DNA of 64,000 bases from Candidatus Sumerlaeota bacterium. GTDB lineage: Bacteria; Sumerlaeota; Sumerlaeia; SLMS01. Every line of letters starts with the position of its first letter. Position 1 is the first letter of the stretch. Shown here piece by piece: positions 28,434 to 38,802 of the stretch. The position numbers and the translations under genes were made by a program. The notes below the pieces were generated by a model. The model was not told the origin of the DNA. It saw only the letters and a program-made list of their open reading frames with translations, and did no database searches. The stretch is from assembly GCA_020848155.1 (NCBI GenBank), contig JADLAR010000003.1:3089-67088 (forward strand), given 5' to 3'.

Positions 28434-28754
28434 ATGAACTGGGTTCTTCTAATCCTTGCTGGAATCTTCGAGATCGGTTGGGCCATCGGGCTTAAGTACA
28501 CGGAAGGCTTTACGCGTTTCTGGCCATCGGTCGGCACTGCGCTCGCAATGGTGGTGAGCATGGGATTGCTGAGCTTTGCGATGAAGTCTCTGCCGGCGGG
28601 CACCGCCTACGCCGTGTGGGTGGGGGTGGGCGCCGTTGGTACGGCGATTCTGGGTATCATGCTGTTGGGTGAAGCGGCGAATGCGGGGCGCTTGCTGAGC
28701 CTCGGACTCATTGTTGCGGGGATCGTTGGTTTGAAGCTGACCACACCTGCCTGA
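28434..28754 (+). CDS. sugE: SMR-family guanidinium/quaternary-ammonium exporter SugE/Gdx
   Basis: 106 aa, 4 TM. Near-colinear match to E. coli SugE as recalled from memory ([63 protein letters not shown]). Confidence 0.88.
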   Translation: MNWVLLILAGIFEIGWAIGLKYTEGFTRFWPSVGTALAMVVSMGLLSFAMKSLPAGTAYAVWVGVGAVGTAILGIMLLGEAANAGRLLSLGLIVAGIVGLKLTTPA

Positions 28755-28957
28755 TGGCGGGTCGCGACGGTTTTCCCGTGACTTTGGCGCGCGGGTTGTT
28801 CAGATGGAAAAACACAACGGACGTGAACAAGGTTGAAATCCGACGACCCAACGGGTGGTTGGAGGGATATGCCGTGCGGGGGATGGGAAACATTTTTCCG
28901 CCGGCGTTCTCACAAGAGTTGATGGTGCTGTGCGATGCGTGGAAACACCTGCCATAA

Positions 28958-31900
28958 TTGAAGAGATCGGGTGGAATCATGATGGTGCCAAGCTTCTCCA
29001 AAAGAAGGACCACAAGTTCACTTTTATCAATTTGCTGCTGCATGGTTTTCCTGCTTGGCGCTCCGTGCCTGCTGGAAGCGGCGGGCAGTGTCGACCTCCT
29101 CGTCACCTTCGTCCAGCCTGTTTCCGCAGAGCATTCCGGGAGTGGTCATGGTTACAAGTTTCAATCGGGATCAGCTGGCAGCCAGTCCGCCGATGCCATG
29201 AAGTGGCTGGCAGGTCGCAAGGTGCTGGGCGTGGAACCTGTCCTCGATTCCGTGAAGGCAGTCAATTCGCTGAAGTCGAATGCGCCAGTCGCTGAATCAA
29301 CGACCTCTCGCATCATCGTGGAATCGAAGCAGGGCACTGCCGATGTGATCAGGGAAGTGTCCGCGTTGCGGGGCGTCGTACATGTTGAGGAGAACCAGCG
29401 GGGACACCTGTTGTTCGAACCGCCGGATCCGCTCTATCCCCAGCAGAAGCCGGATTTCCAACCCATCAATCTGGAAACGGCGTGGGGCCTGCAATCAACT
29501 CCCGGTGCATCGTCATCGGTCAGGGTGGCTGTCATTGATTCTGGCATTGAGGCGGTTCACGGGGATTTTGCGGGTGCCATTGATCCCGCCTCCCACAACG
29601 TGGCGGAAGGGAACGCTTCCCTCTACGATGATATGGGACATGGTTCGCGGGTTGCAGGAATCATCGGCGCGCGGAGTGACAGCCAGACGGGAATTGCCGG
29701 TGTCGCTTTTGGCTGCACGCTGGTGATCTATGATGTCCGGCGCCCTGCAACGGCCCCGGAAGGAAGCGTCATTCTCCTGTCAGACGTTGTTTCCGCGATC
29801 AATCGCGCTGCGGCACCGGGGCCCACCGGCGGTGATGCAGACATCATCAACATCAGCCTCGCGTTCAATGCGGAGTCGGTGCTGCTCGAAAAGGCCTGCA
29901 AGGATGCCGATGAGGCGGGCGCGCTGATTGTCGCTGCGGCGGGGAATGACAATCAGGGCGATCACGCCGTGTATCCGGCATCCTACGAATGTGTCCTTGG
30001 CGTTGGCGGCCTTGATGAGGCGGGAACAAATCGCGCGGAGTTTTCCAACTTCAATGGAGCCACGAAGAAGCTGTCGGACATTTTTGCGCCCGCCAGCACG
30101 ATCTTCTCCACCATTCCGGGGGCGCAGCACAACGGAACCTCCGGTGCATCGGGAACGAGTTTCGCCGCGCCGATGGTGGCGGGTGCCGCAGCGCTCCTGA
30201 AGACGGAACATCCCGAACAATCCGGCAGGGCAATCCGCGCGCACCTGCTGGCGACGGCCTCGCCCATCCTCTCCTTCACTCCCTCTGGGGGCGGTGGCTT
30301 TGGCCGGCTGGACGTCGCTGCAGCGCTGGCCACGCCCATGAATTCGCAAATCGAAATCGCGGGGACAAAATTGACAGATACCACGGACATCAATCCCAGC
30401 GACGACGATGGCGTGCTTGATGAAGGCGAGAAGGGGGACCTGTTCGTGAGTTTGACACCCGCCGCCGTTGGACTGCTCTCCGGTTCCGCGGGTGATGCCA
30501 TCAACGTGACGGGCGTGCTTTCGACGGCGTCATCGGACATCCAGCCAATCGCCACCTCCGTGGCGTCCTTCGGGAATATTGTTCATGGCGAATCCGCCAC
30601 GAACCTCGTGGCCTTTGGTCCCATCAAGCCTGTGGCCGGCGCGCCTGCGCAGAAGGTGGAGTTCCAACTCGCGCTCACGGGGGATAATGGCTTCTCCGCC
30701 AATCTTCTTTTCGAACTCCCCTTGGAAAAGGAATTCGATACGCCCCCCGTGATGATGAACTACGCTTTTTCCGCAGGCACAACGTATCACGTGGATGGCG
30801 ACCTGAGCTTTCTGGGGACGACCACGATTCCCGCCGGAACGATCTTCAAGGTCGATCCGGGCATCGACATCCGCGTCCACACCGGAGGCGTGCTGACGGC
30901 CATTGGCACAGGCCAGGATCCAATTGTTTTCACCTCTTCACGCCCCGCGCAGGACCTCAGCGTCCTTCCCCCCTTTGGAACAGCAAACTCGATTGGTCCG
31001 AGAACGGAGCCGGTGGACCTGTCTTTCTACGTGGATGGTATCATCTACGTCGATGCCAACAACGGCAGCGACGTGATTCGCCCCAACATTGGGACGAAGG
31101 CCGCGCCCTACAAGAGCCTGACGATGGCCCTGCAAAGTTTGCCGCAAGGTCGATCGTTCTCCTCTGCGAAGAAAGCCGTGCTCGTTGCCGAAGGACGATA
31201 CACAGGCGTGGGCGCCAACCCCGTCTTTGCAACGCACTTCTATCAGATATTCGGAGGCTACAATCCCCAGGATTGGACGAGGGATATCTACCGGCACCCT
31301 TCAATCATTGATGGGGAAAACCTGCGCCTGGCCTTGAGGGCAGATGGCGTGGACGGCGGACTTGATGGCTTTGTCATCACGAGGGGTACTGAAGGAGGAG
31401 TCGTAAACAAGAATGGCCTGCCGGCTCCCGGGTTCGTGCTGAGCAATTGCATCATCATCAACAATCAATCGGCAAATGGTGCGGGTTTGAATGTGGACGG
31501 CAATTTCATTGTGCGGAATTGCATTTTTGCGAACAACATGGCGTCGATTGGTGGTGGCGCCATTTCCACTTCCACCGCCGGGAGTGGAAGCATCATCAGC
31601 GTGTCGAATACTTTCTTTCTCAACAACGCCGCGCCCTACGCCACCGCCTGTGATTTTTGGATAGGAACCTTCTTTGAGAACAATTTCGTGAGTGGGCATT
31701 CCGGTGTGGCACTCTCATGCGTCGGCACTGGTGCCGTGCTGGTCGACAATACGGTTTTCCAGAATAACGCCGGAACCGCTGTGAAGGTGGAGTCCACCTC
31801 GGGGGTCAATACGCGGATTTTCAACAATACGTTCTCAGGAAACGGAATGGGAATCGACGCTGCCCGGCCCACACGCATCATCAACAATATCCTTTGGGAG

Positions 31901-34294
31901 AACGGCACGGAACTGTCCGCATCATCCAGCACCATTCAATACAACTTGATAGAGGATGGGTACGGGGGATCCACCAACACGGTGACCGCCGACCCCGAAT
32001 TTCCGGGTGTCTCGGCGCGCGGCCTGATACAGTCGCTTTCCTTCGACGCGGTTTCCAACCTGTCGCAGGCAACACTGTCGGAAGGCTCGCCTTTCCAGGA
32101 AGGCGGGAATGCCATCATACAAATCGATGGGATCGACTTCATGCTGTCGGGCCATGGCAATGACGTGGCAACCATCGTGGGTGATCCAACCGCAGGTGGC
32201 ACGAAGCCGCTGCCCCTGCGCTGGTCGATGTCACTGCTGCGAATTGGTTCCGGTTCCCCAGCCGTGGATGCGGGGATTGCTGCCAGCCCAACCAACCCGG
32301 CGATTCCGTCCACCGATCTGGATGGCGAGGCACGCACGGGCCTCCCTGACCTGGGCGCCGATGAATCCGCGCCGTCCATCGACTTCGAGGCGTTCCATTG
32401 GGGAACGTTCACCTTCTCAATCTCCTCGACGTCTTCAGTCCTGAAGCACGTCATCATTGAAAACGGCAGTGGGGTTGTCGCGCAGTCTCCCAACGTGCAG
32501 ATTGAAGATACCCTGTTCCAGAACCACGATGGAACGGGGTTTTCCACCGCGCTCGCGCTTGGCAGCGCGATCCTCTCCTCCGAGTCCCGAAACAATTCGG
32601 GCGGGGGATTTGACACCCCGCTGACAGATGTTTCCTCCAGCAGGGCCATCGGGAATTTCGGCATCGGAATCAATGGTGATGGAGTGGATGGCAGTGAGGC
32701 AGCCGACAACGGGTTGGGAGGCATTGTCGCCACCACGGCCACGAATTCCCTGGCGACGGGGAACGGTGGCGAAGGCTTTTTGCTGGATTCGGGAGGGTCG
32801 ATGTTGGTGGCCAGGGCCAATACCTTGGGAATTGTTTCGCAGTCGGGTGACATTTCCAATTCCGAAGCGCGCACCAATTTCCTGGATGGCATTACGGCGG
32901 TGGGAAATGTCCTGGGATGCATTTCCAGCCAAAATGGAAGGGATGGAATTGTTGCGTTGGGCGCGACGATTTCCAACAGCACCACGGATGCCAACGCGGG
33001 GTTTGGAATCACGGGATCGGGCACCGCCGTGCTGGAGGATTCGAGGGTCACAAACAACGCGGGAGGATCAGTGCGGGGAGTCACCTCCATTGATCGAACC
33101 GCCATCGCGGGCAATGGTTCCGGAATCGCCGGTGTTGGCCAGATCGATGAGTCCTATGTGGCATACAATGCCACCACGGGCGTTGATGCGGACCAGATCA
33201 GCAACAGTTCGATCGTGGGAAACAAGGAGGACGGAACAAGGGGCTTCACCACCCTGACAAATAGCTGGGTCGTGGGGAATGAACGTCATGGCGCCCATGG
33301 GACATCGGGCGTTGGCACCATCACCAATTCCTCGATCCTTCGCAATGGGGGTTCGGGAACCAGGAACATCCTGTCCGCAACGGCGTCCAACATTTTCGGC
33401 AACGGCGGCTTTGATGCGGAGGATGACGTTGCCACCGGGTTCGGGGTGGATCGCGACCTCCATGGAAATTACTGGGGGGTGGCCAATACGGCAGAGGTCC
33501 TGGCAAGCCCCGCGGAATATTCGGATTACTCATTCATCAGGGACGACCTGGATGACGCGGGAAATCCGGGGATCTACTTCATCCACATTTGGGATCCGGG
33601 ATCGCCACCCGTGGCAACAGCCCCCGTCCCCAATGCGCCCACGCAGGCGCCACCGGGATTCGTCCTGGCGGTGACTCCCAACATGGACAACCCCGTGAAT
33701 GTTGGCCCCACGGAATTCCTGGTTGAATTCAGCAGGGCCATGGATGTTGCCACCACCATTTCCGTCACGTTCGACCTTCAGGCACCCTACAGCCAGCATG
33801 TGGTCGATCCGTCACCGGGTTGGGTGAACGCAACGACCTGGCGCGGGGAGTTTTGGATTGAAAGCGACACCGGCGACACCACCAACACGCTGCGGATTGC
33901 GTCCGCGCGGGATTCCTCCGGGTTCCTGATTCCTGACGATACCGGCCACCAGTTCGTAATCGATACAACGGACCCCGATACTGCGAACAACGGGCAGGCA
34001 ACGGCCACGGGATCGGACATGTTCCTGTTCGGCTGGCCCACGGCCAATCCCCTTGAATATCAGGGCTTCCATGTCCGACGGAGCGTGGGGGGCGCCGACA
34101 GGTTCGAAAGGATCAACACGGCGCTTATTCCCGGTGGCGTGAGCACCTATCTCGATCCGGGCCTGCTTCCAAACACCCGATATGATTATATCGTTGATGT
34201 GGTGGACCTGGTGGGCAATTCCACCCAATGGACTGTGGTATTTGGAAATACGACAAATGTCGGTAGCCGCATTGTTGAATGGAATGTATATTGA
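28958..34294 (+). CDS. Giant secreted subtilisin-like (S8) peptidase with extended right-handed beta-helix repeat region (1778 aa)
   Basis: Signal-like N-terminus. Asp VAVIDSGIEAVHGDF, His HGSRVAGIIGA, Ser GTSFAAPMVAGAAALL. Then >1000 aa of G/N/T/S-rich NNxxxxGxG-type beta-helix repeats. Confidence 0.75.
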   Translation: MKRSGGIMMVPSFSKRRTTSSLLSICCCMVFLLGAPCLLEAAGSVDLLVTFVQPVSAEHSGSGHGYKFQSGSAGSQSADAMKWLAGRKVLGVEPVLDSVKAVNSLKSNAPVAESTTSRIIVESKQGTADVIREVSALRGVVHVEENQRGHLLFEPPDPLYPQQKPDFQPINLETAWGLQSTPGASSSVRVAVIDSGIEAVHGDFAGAIDPASHNVAEGNASLYDDMGHGSRVAGIIGARSDSQTGIAGVAFGCTLVIYDVRRPATAPEGSVILLSDVVSAINRAAAPGPTGGDADIINISLAFNAESVLLEKACKDADEAGALIVAAAGNDNQGDHAVYPASYECVLGVGGLDEAGTNRAEFSNFNGATKKLSDIFAPASTIFSTIPGAQHNGTSGASGTSFAAPMVAGAAALLKTEHPEQSGRAIRAHLLATASPILSFTPSGGGGFGRLDVAAALATPMNSQIEIAGTKLTDTTDINPSDDDGVLDEGEKGDLFVSLTPAAVGLLSGSAGDAINVTGVLSTASSDIQPIATSVASFGNIVHGESATNLVAFGPIKPVAGAPAQKVEFQLALTGDNGFSANLLFELPLEKEFDTPPVMMNYAFSAGTTYHVDGDLSFLGTTTIPAGTIFKVDPGIDIRVHTGGVLTAIGTGQDPIVFTSSRPAQDLSVLPPFGTANSIGPRTEPVDLSFYVDGIIYVDANNGSDVIRPNIGTKAAPYKSLTMALQSLPQGRSFSSAKKAVLVAEGRYTGVGANPVFATHFYQIFGGYNPQDWTRDIYRHPSIIDGENLRLALRADGVDGGLDGFVITRGTEGGVVNKNGLPAPGFVLSNCIIINNQSANGAGLNVDGNFIVRNCIFANNMASIGGGAISTSTAGSGSIISVSNTFFLNNAAPYATACDFWIGTFFENNFVSGHSGVALSCVGTGAVLVDNTVFQNNAGTAVKVESTSGVNTRIFNNTFSGNGMGIDAARPTRIINNILWENGTELSASSSTIQYNLIEDGYGGSTNTVTADPEFPGVSARGLIQSLSFDAVSNLSQATLSEGSPFQEGGNAIIQIDGIDFMLSGHGNDVATIVGDPTAGGTKPLPLRWSMSLLRIGSGSPAVDAGIAASPTNPAIPSTDLDGEARTGLPDLGADESAPSIDFEAFHWGTFTFSISSTSSVLKHVIIENGSGVVAQSPNVQIEDTLFQNHDGTGFSTALALGSAILSSESRNNSGGGFDTPLTDVSSSRAIGNFGIGINGDGVDGSEAADNGLGGIVATTATNSLATGNGGEGFLLDSGGSMLVARANTLGIVSQSGDISNSEARTNFLDGITAVGNVLGCISSQNGRDGIVALGATISNSTTDANAGFGITGSGTAVLEDSRVTNNAGGSVRGVTSIDRTAIAGNGSGIAGVGQIDESYVAYNATTGVDADQISNSSIVGNKEDGTRGFTTLTNSWVVGNERHGAHGTSGVGTITNSSILRNGGSGTRNILSATASNIFGNGGFDAEDDVATGFGVDRDLHGNYWGVANTAEVLASPAEYSDYSFIRDDLDDAGNPGIYFIHIWDPGSPPVATAPVPNAPTQAPPGFVLAVTPNMDNPVNVGPTEFLVEFSRAMDVATTISVTFDLQAPYSQHVVDPSPGWVNATTWRGEFWIESDTGDTTNTLRIASARDSSGFLIPDDTGHQFVIDTTDPDTANNGQATATGSDMFLFGWPTANPLEYQGFHVRRSVGGADRFERINTALIPGGVSTYLDPGLLPNTRYDYIVDVVDLVGNSTQWTVVFGNTTNVGSRIVEWNVY

Positions 34295-34365
34295 TCGATC
34301 GGAGCCGTTGCGCCTGCCGGCCCGGGGCTGTGATTACAGGAATTCCTTCCCCACAAAATAAGAAT

Positions 34366-34389
34366 CCCGCTGGCGTTTCCGCCAGCGGG
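34366..34389. terminator. Bidirectional hairpin between convergent genes
   Basis: CCCGCTGGCG-TTTC-CGCCAGCGGG, a perfect 10-bp stem. T-rich tract on the minus-strand side. Confidence 0.45.
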
Positions 34390-34409
34390 AGGAAGAACGG
34401 GAATCCTTC

Positions 34410-35528
34410 TTACTCGTACTGCAGGATGCTCATGGAACCGTTTTTGAACGTGACATCATGGTTCTCGCACGACACCTGAAACTTGATCCAGTCCCCCTTC
34501 TTTAGATCCCGCTTTTTTTCTATCCCTTCCCGCACGGTCAAAGTGGGTTTCTCTTTGTTCGTTACTTTGTAATCCTTATAAAAAAAACTTCCGAATTTAA
34601 GATCCTTGGGATCCATTCCGGTGCTATCATTGGCCCTGAGGGCCTCCACACGCAGCAGATAGGTTTCCTTGGGATCATAGCCCGGGCCAAAATCAACATC
34701 GAAGCGGCATTCCCATTCGAGGTCGGAAAGGTCTTTGTCTGAACGCAGGTAGATGGAAGGCTTGTCGTTCTTCAACAAGTCCTTGGTGTCAGAATCGTGA
34801 GTGCCAGTAAGGCACCATTCCAAGCTCGCTGCTTGCTTTGCCGCCACAGCAGAAGGGGACGAGGCAATGTCGAGAATGTACTGACCCTGTCTTGATACGT
34901 TGTTGCCGGGGGGAGGTTCAATAGCGGGGGCTGTTGCGACTTTGTATAGCTGGAAAAGTGAAGCTGTGCCATTGAGGGTGTCCTCAAATTTCACGCAATC
35001 ATGGGTGCAGCCTCCAGGGTTTGAACCCGAAGGATCAATGAAGTCGAGTTGGAAGGTAATCCATGAATCACCCTCGATTTGCACGGTGGATGATTTCACT
35101 TTGAAATCATCCACCGTGTAGTTGGAATCTCCGGAGAGCGTCCATGTCCTTATCTTCCAGCGGCTGCTCGCTGGGAGGGGTGGTGCGCTTTCACCGCTCA
35201 GGCGCTTGGCATGCTTTTCCTTGAGTACGAATGTGTGAGTGTCGTTTTGAACCGAATGGAGGTCTGGTCTCAAGATGAAAGTCCAATAATATAACATAGA
35301 ATAATTTGGGTGTTGTATCAGAAGCCTGTCATTGTTACTGGCAGACCAAATGCCATCGGGGTTCGTAACTTCATTAGCAGGCCCCCAAGGAATCAATACT
35401 GGATCACCTTCTCCCAAATAGACACAATCAAAGTCCACATTCTTGGATTCAAATATGGGGCTTGCGGGGGAGGAGACGCTTGCGGAAACACCAAAACCAA
35501 TCAACGTTGCCAACACGAGTTTTTTCAT
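34410..35528 (-). CDS. Secreted hypothetical protein
   Basis: Signal peptide MKKLVLATLIGFGVSASVSS from the internal ATG at 35528. Track ORF extends to 35666. Confidence 0.5.
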   Translation of the reverse strand: MKKLVLATLIGFGVSASVSSPASPIFESKNVDFDCVYLGEGDPVLIPWGPANEVTNPDGIWSASNNDRLLIQHPNYSMLYYWTFILRPDLHSVQNDTHTFVLKEKHAKRLSGESAPPLPASSRWKIRTWTLSGDSNYTVDDFKVKSSTVQIEGDSWITFQLDFIDPSGSNPGGCTHDCVKFEDTLNGTASLFQLYKVATAPAIEPPPGNNVSRQGQYILDIASSPSAVAAKQAASLEWCLTGTHDSDTKDLLKNDKPSIYLRSDKDLSDLEWECRFDVDFGPGYDPKETYLLRVEALRANDSTGMDPKDLKFGSFFYKDYKVTNKEKPTLTVREGIEKKRDLKKGDWIKFQVSCENHDVTFKNGSMSILQYE

Positions 35529-35921
35529 ATTATACTCCATGAGGGTGGTTTGGGGGGATGAGTCCCCGAGTTTCTGAAAATCGGTTTTCGATTCCGGGAG
35601 ACGCGCAACGCTCCATTCCGACAGGTCTGCGGCGCTGGAGCCGTCCTGTCCAAGAATTATCATCAATAGTTATTTTGTTTCAGTCATCACGCGGAAGCTC
35701 GGTGAGCAATCAAAATCACTGGGAAGGGCTTATGGAGAAGACGCGGCGGCATCCCTGGCGCCGCGTCTCCCTGTTCAGCGGATATTGCTACAATAAGGAT
35801 GACTAATGGCAAATCCGCCCAAATGGGCCTGCAATTTGCCTTTGGCTCCCAACAAGCCGAACTGATTGCCTGCACCCATTGAGTGAGTGCCCGCCCCGTG
35901 CGCGTTACAGGGGAATGGAAA

Positions 35922-37286
35922 TTATTTTTGGCTGATAGCCTGTGCGAGGCGGAAGGCCAGGGATTTGAGCAGACGGATTGCGACGGGGGGATAGCGGCAG
36001 AGGAGATCCTCGAATTCCGCCGCATTGATGATTGCAATCCAGACGTCCCCGCGTGCGATGAGGTCGCCGGTGCGGACCTCGCCGGTCAGGGTTGAAACTT
36101 CGCCGAGCACGGTGCCCTCGCGCGATTCGACTGCGACTTCCTGCTTGTTGCGGCGGACGATGACGGCACCTTGCAGGAGGATGTAGGTGTGGTAGCTGCG
36201 TTCACCCTGGCGGCAGATGTACTTGCCATGGGAGTAATAGACGACGTGACGGCAGAACTCCGGCGATTGCGTGAACACGGAATGCCACAGGGGGTCGATC
36301 AGGCGCTCCAGGATGCGCGCCACGTGTACGTTATCGTGGATGATGGCGCCGTTCGTGGCGGTGGAGCAGGCTCCCGCGTCGCCGTTGAGGGCCTTGATTT
36401 GTGCAAGGACTTCCGCTGCGGAGCCGGGCCTGTGGCGTGGTTCCATCTGCAAGAGGTTGTGAAGGATTTTTTCCAATTCGCGGGAGCAGTCGGGCCGATA
36501 CTGTGACAGCAGGGGAAGCCCGCCGCCGCAGGGAATCGGTGAGCGCAGGTCGGGCCTCATGCCAAGTTCCAGACGTGTGAGGGCCGACCAAACGGTGGCG
36601 GCAGCGCTCCACAGGTCTGTCCGCGCGTCGAGTTCCCGAAAGTACATGAAGTGCTGCTCGGGTGCGCGGTATCCGGGGGAGCCGAGGCCCGCGGGCAGGA
36701 TGGCTTCGGGGACGCGGTTGCCCTGTGCCACGCTGAAATCAACGAGCACGAAGCCGCCCGCATCATCGACCAGCACATTTGCAGGTTTGACGTCAAGATG
36801 CAGAAGGCTGGTGCCGTGGGCGGCACGAAGGGCGTTCAGCAGGTCGGTGAGCAGGCACCATCCCTGCGCTTCCGTGAGCTCATCGGGGCCGCGCATGAGA
36901 TCAAGAAGGCTTCCTTTGCCGAAGTAGGAGAGGACAATGAAGCAGGATTCGGAGTTGGCCATCCAGTCGATGACGCGGGGGATTCGATCCGATCGCACAG
37001 CCACAAGGGCGGAAATTTCGCGACGGATGATTCCCTGCTCCGCATCGTCGCTGGGTGGTTTGAAGACCTTGATGGCAACGGAGCCATTGGCTTGCAACTG
37101 GGAGTCGGTGGACAGGACATCGGCTTGGAAGACCACGCCATAGGCGCCGCTGCCAAGGTGATGGCGCAGCAGGTAACTGCCGGCGTTTCCCGTGAGGACG
37201 GTGCCGATGGCAAGGTTTGACCAGGTTGCCGGCTTGTGTCCCTTGAGGGGGCGGGTGAGATCAAACTGATCCACCATGTCAGTCAA
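35922..37286 (-). CDS. Ser/Thr protein kinase fused to cyclic-nucleotide-binding (Crp-like) domain
   Basis: LGSGAYGVVFQA Gly-loop, AIKVFK, HLDVKPANVLV catalytic loop, DFS. The C-terminal cNMP-binding beta-roll ends RIVASARDVHVI. Confidence 0.72.
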   Translation of the reverse strand: MTDMVDQFDLTRPLKGHKPATWSNLAIGTVLTGNAGSYLLRHHLGSGAYGVVFQADVLSTDSQLQANGSVAIKVFKPPSDDAEQGIIRREISALVAVRSDRIPRVIDWMANSESCFIVLSYFGKGSLLDLMRGPDELTEAQGWCLLTDLLNALRAAHGTSLLHLDVKPANVLVDDAGGFVLVDFSVAQGNRVPEAILPAGLGSPGYRAPEQHFMYFRELDARTDLWSAAATVWSALTRLELGMRPDLRSPIPCGGGLPLLSQYRPDCSRELEKILHNLLQMEPRHRPGSAAEVLAQIKALNGDAGACSTATNGAIIHDNVHVARILERLIDPLWHSVFTQSPEFCRHVVYYSHGKYICRQGERSYHTYILLQGAVIVRRNKQEVAVESREGTVLGEVSTLTGEVRTGDLIARGDVWIAIINAAEFEDLLCRYPPVAIRLLKSLAFRLAQAISQK

Positions 37287-38187
37287 TTTCCCGTGTCACA
37301 CCTTGGGTCCTGCGCTTTTCCACCGCGTCCATCAGGGTGTCCAGAAGCGGAGGGGGAATGTGGTCTGAAACGGCGTGGCCGCGTACGTCTCTTTCCTTTT
37401 CCATAGCCCGTTCGGTCAGTGCACGCAACAGGCGAAATGTGGAGTCTTCCTCGAGCCTGCGTTCAAGCTGCTCGCGTTGCGGGTGTGCGAGGGAGTCGGC
37501 GTCGAGGATCCAATCCTCCAACAAGTTGCGGTCCTCCGGGGTGGCCTGTGGGCATGATGAGGGAAGGGCGATGGAGCGGAGTGCGTGGCCGATGTTGGCG
37601 AAGGGGAGCGGCTCGGCGAGCTTGTTTTCGAGGCTGACGCGCAGGCGTGCCAGGGCGCGGTGGACGGCGACGCGTATGCCGCCGGAACTGCTGCCGCAGA
37701 TGTAGGCGATCTCCTCGTAGGAGAGGTCCTCGCCGTAGTGGAGAAGGAGTTGGTTCCGCACTGGCTCAGGGATGGAGGAAAGGGCCTGCAGGAGGACGTC
37801 ACGAATCTGGCCCGACAGGACCAGCTTCTGCTGGCGGGGATCGTTGGAGGCAATGTCTTGCGGGCCGTCTGTCATGAGATCATCAACCAGAAATTCGCGC
37901 GAGGCGATTCGCCCCCGTACCTTTCGTTGCCGCAGGGCGGCAAAATAGGCGGATGCAGCGAGATACGAAATGACATCACGTGCCTCCAGAAATTCCTGCG
38001 GGGATGTGACCAGGGACAGAAGGATTTCGCCGACGCTGTCGTCAACGTCCTCATCGCGAAGCCCTGCCCGGATCGCCTGGGATTTGAGGAGCCCGTAAAG
38101 CCCGTCAAAGAGCGACCTCCACGCAGTTTCATCATTTGACAGCGCACGGCGAAGCAGATGTTTCACTTGTTCGTCAGTAAATCTCAT
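37279..38187 (-). CDS. ECF-type RNA polymerase sigma factor with ~120-aa C-terminal extension
   Basis: Region 2 and region 4 (LSYEEIAYICGSSSGGIRVAVHRALARLR) patterns. An 8-nt overlap with the kinase gene. Confidence 0.6.
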   Translation of the reverse strand: MRFTDEQVKHLLRRALSNDETAWRSLFDGLYGLLKSQAIRAGLRDEDVDDSVGEILLSLVTSPQEFLEARDVISYLAASAYFAALRQRKVRGRIASREFLVDDLMTDGPQDIASNDPRQQKLVLSGQIRDVLLQALSSIPEPVRNQLLLHYGEDLSYEEIAYICGSSSGGIRVAVHRALARLRVSLENKLAEPLPFANIGHALRSIALPSSCPQATPEDRNLLEDWILDADSLAHPQREQLERRLEEDSTFRLLRALTERAMEKERDVRGHAVSDHIPPPLLDTLMDAVEKRRTQGVTREID

Positions 38188-38277
38188 GAACGGCGTGACT
38201 TGCTTGGTTTGATTTGACTATGTAAGCGCAATGAGAAGAGCTTGTAGTTCCAAGCACAAGAGTAACCTGATCGCTTT

Positions 38278-38802
38278 GTGAGCCTTATGCATGATAGCCG
38301 TACATTTTGGAAGCTTGTCCACGGAACACCGTCCGTCCGTGAATTAATCCGCCATTATCGGAGTGAACTGGAAGCCGAGAGCGCATCGATCCTGATTGTT
38401 GGAGCGGAGGAGATGCGCTTCTGCGTTGTGGAGGGGCTGAATGCGGAGCGGCTGGAGGGGGGTGGCGGGTGGGATGGTGCGATGGGAATTCCGCTTTCAG
38501 AAAGCCGGGGGATCAATTCCATCGCGGCCTTGATGGGAAAGACCCTGTGTTTTCAGGAAATGGACGAACGTCATAACCGCGACGCCGATGAGGCGTTGGG
38601 GCAGAAGACCCACAGCATCCTGGTTGTTCCCGTGGTTGGTGAACAGGGTGTGATCGGAACGCTGAGCGCCATCAATCCTCATGCGGGCGGCGCCGCTGGC
38701 GTTCGTTATCGTTTCCTGGAGGAGGATATTGCCATCGGTGAGGTGGCCGCCCAACAGATTTCCACGATCCTTCATGAACTGTTGCGAAGCGCGGGCGCAT
38801 GA
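38278..38802 (+). CDS. GAF domain protein
   Basis: ILVVPVVGEQGVIGTLSAINPHAGG is GAF-like. Stop overlaps the next start. Confidence 0.5.
   Translation: MSLMHDSRTFWKLVHGTPSVRELIRHYRSELEAESASILIVGAEEMRFCVVEGLNAERLEGGGGWDGAMGIPLSESRGINSIAALMGKTLCFQEMDERHNRDADEALGQKTHSILVVPVVGEQGVIGTLSAINPHAGGAAGVRYRFLEEDIAIGEVAAQQISTILHELLRSAGA

Noticed and set aside
29780-34228. Multiple minus-strand ORFs (189, 392, 165, 131, 138 aa and others) within 28958..34294
   Set aside because: All lie antisense within the 1778-aa S8 peptidase gene, whose catalytic triad motifs are unambiguous.
36651-38139. Plus-strand ORFs 36651..37220 (189 aa) and 37585..38139 (184 aa)
   Set aside because: Antisense to the kinase and ECF-sigma genes.
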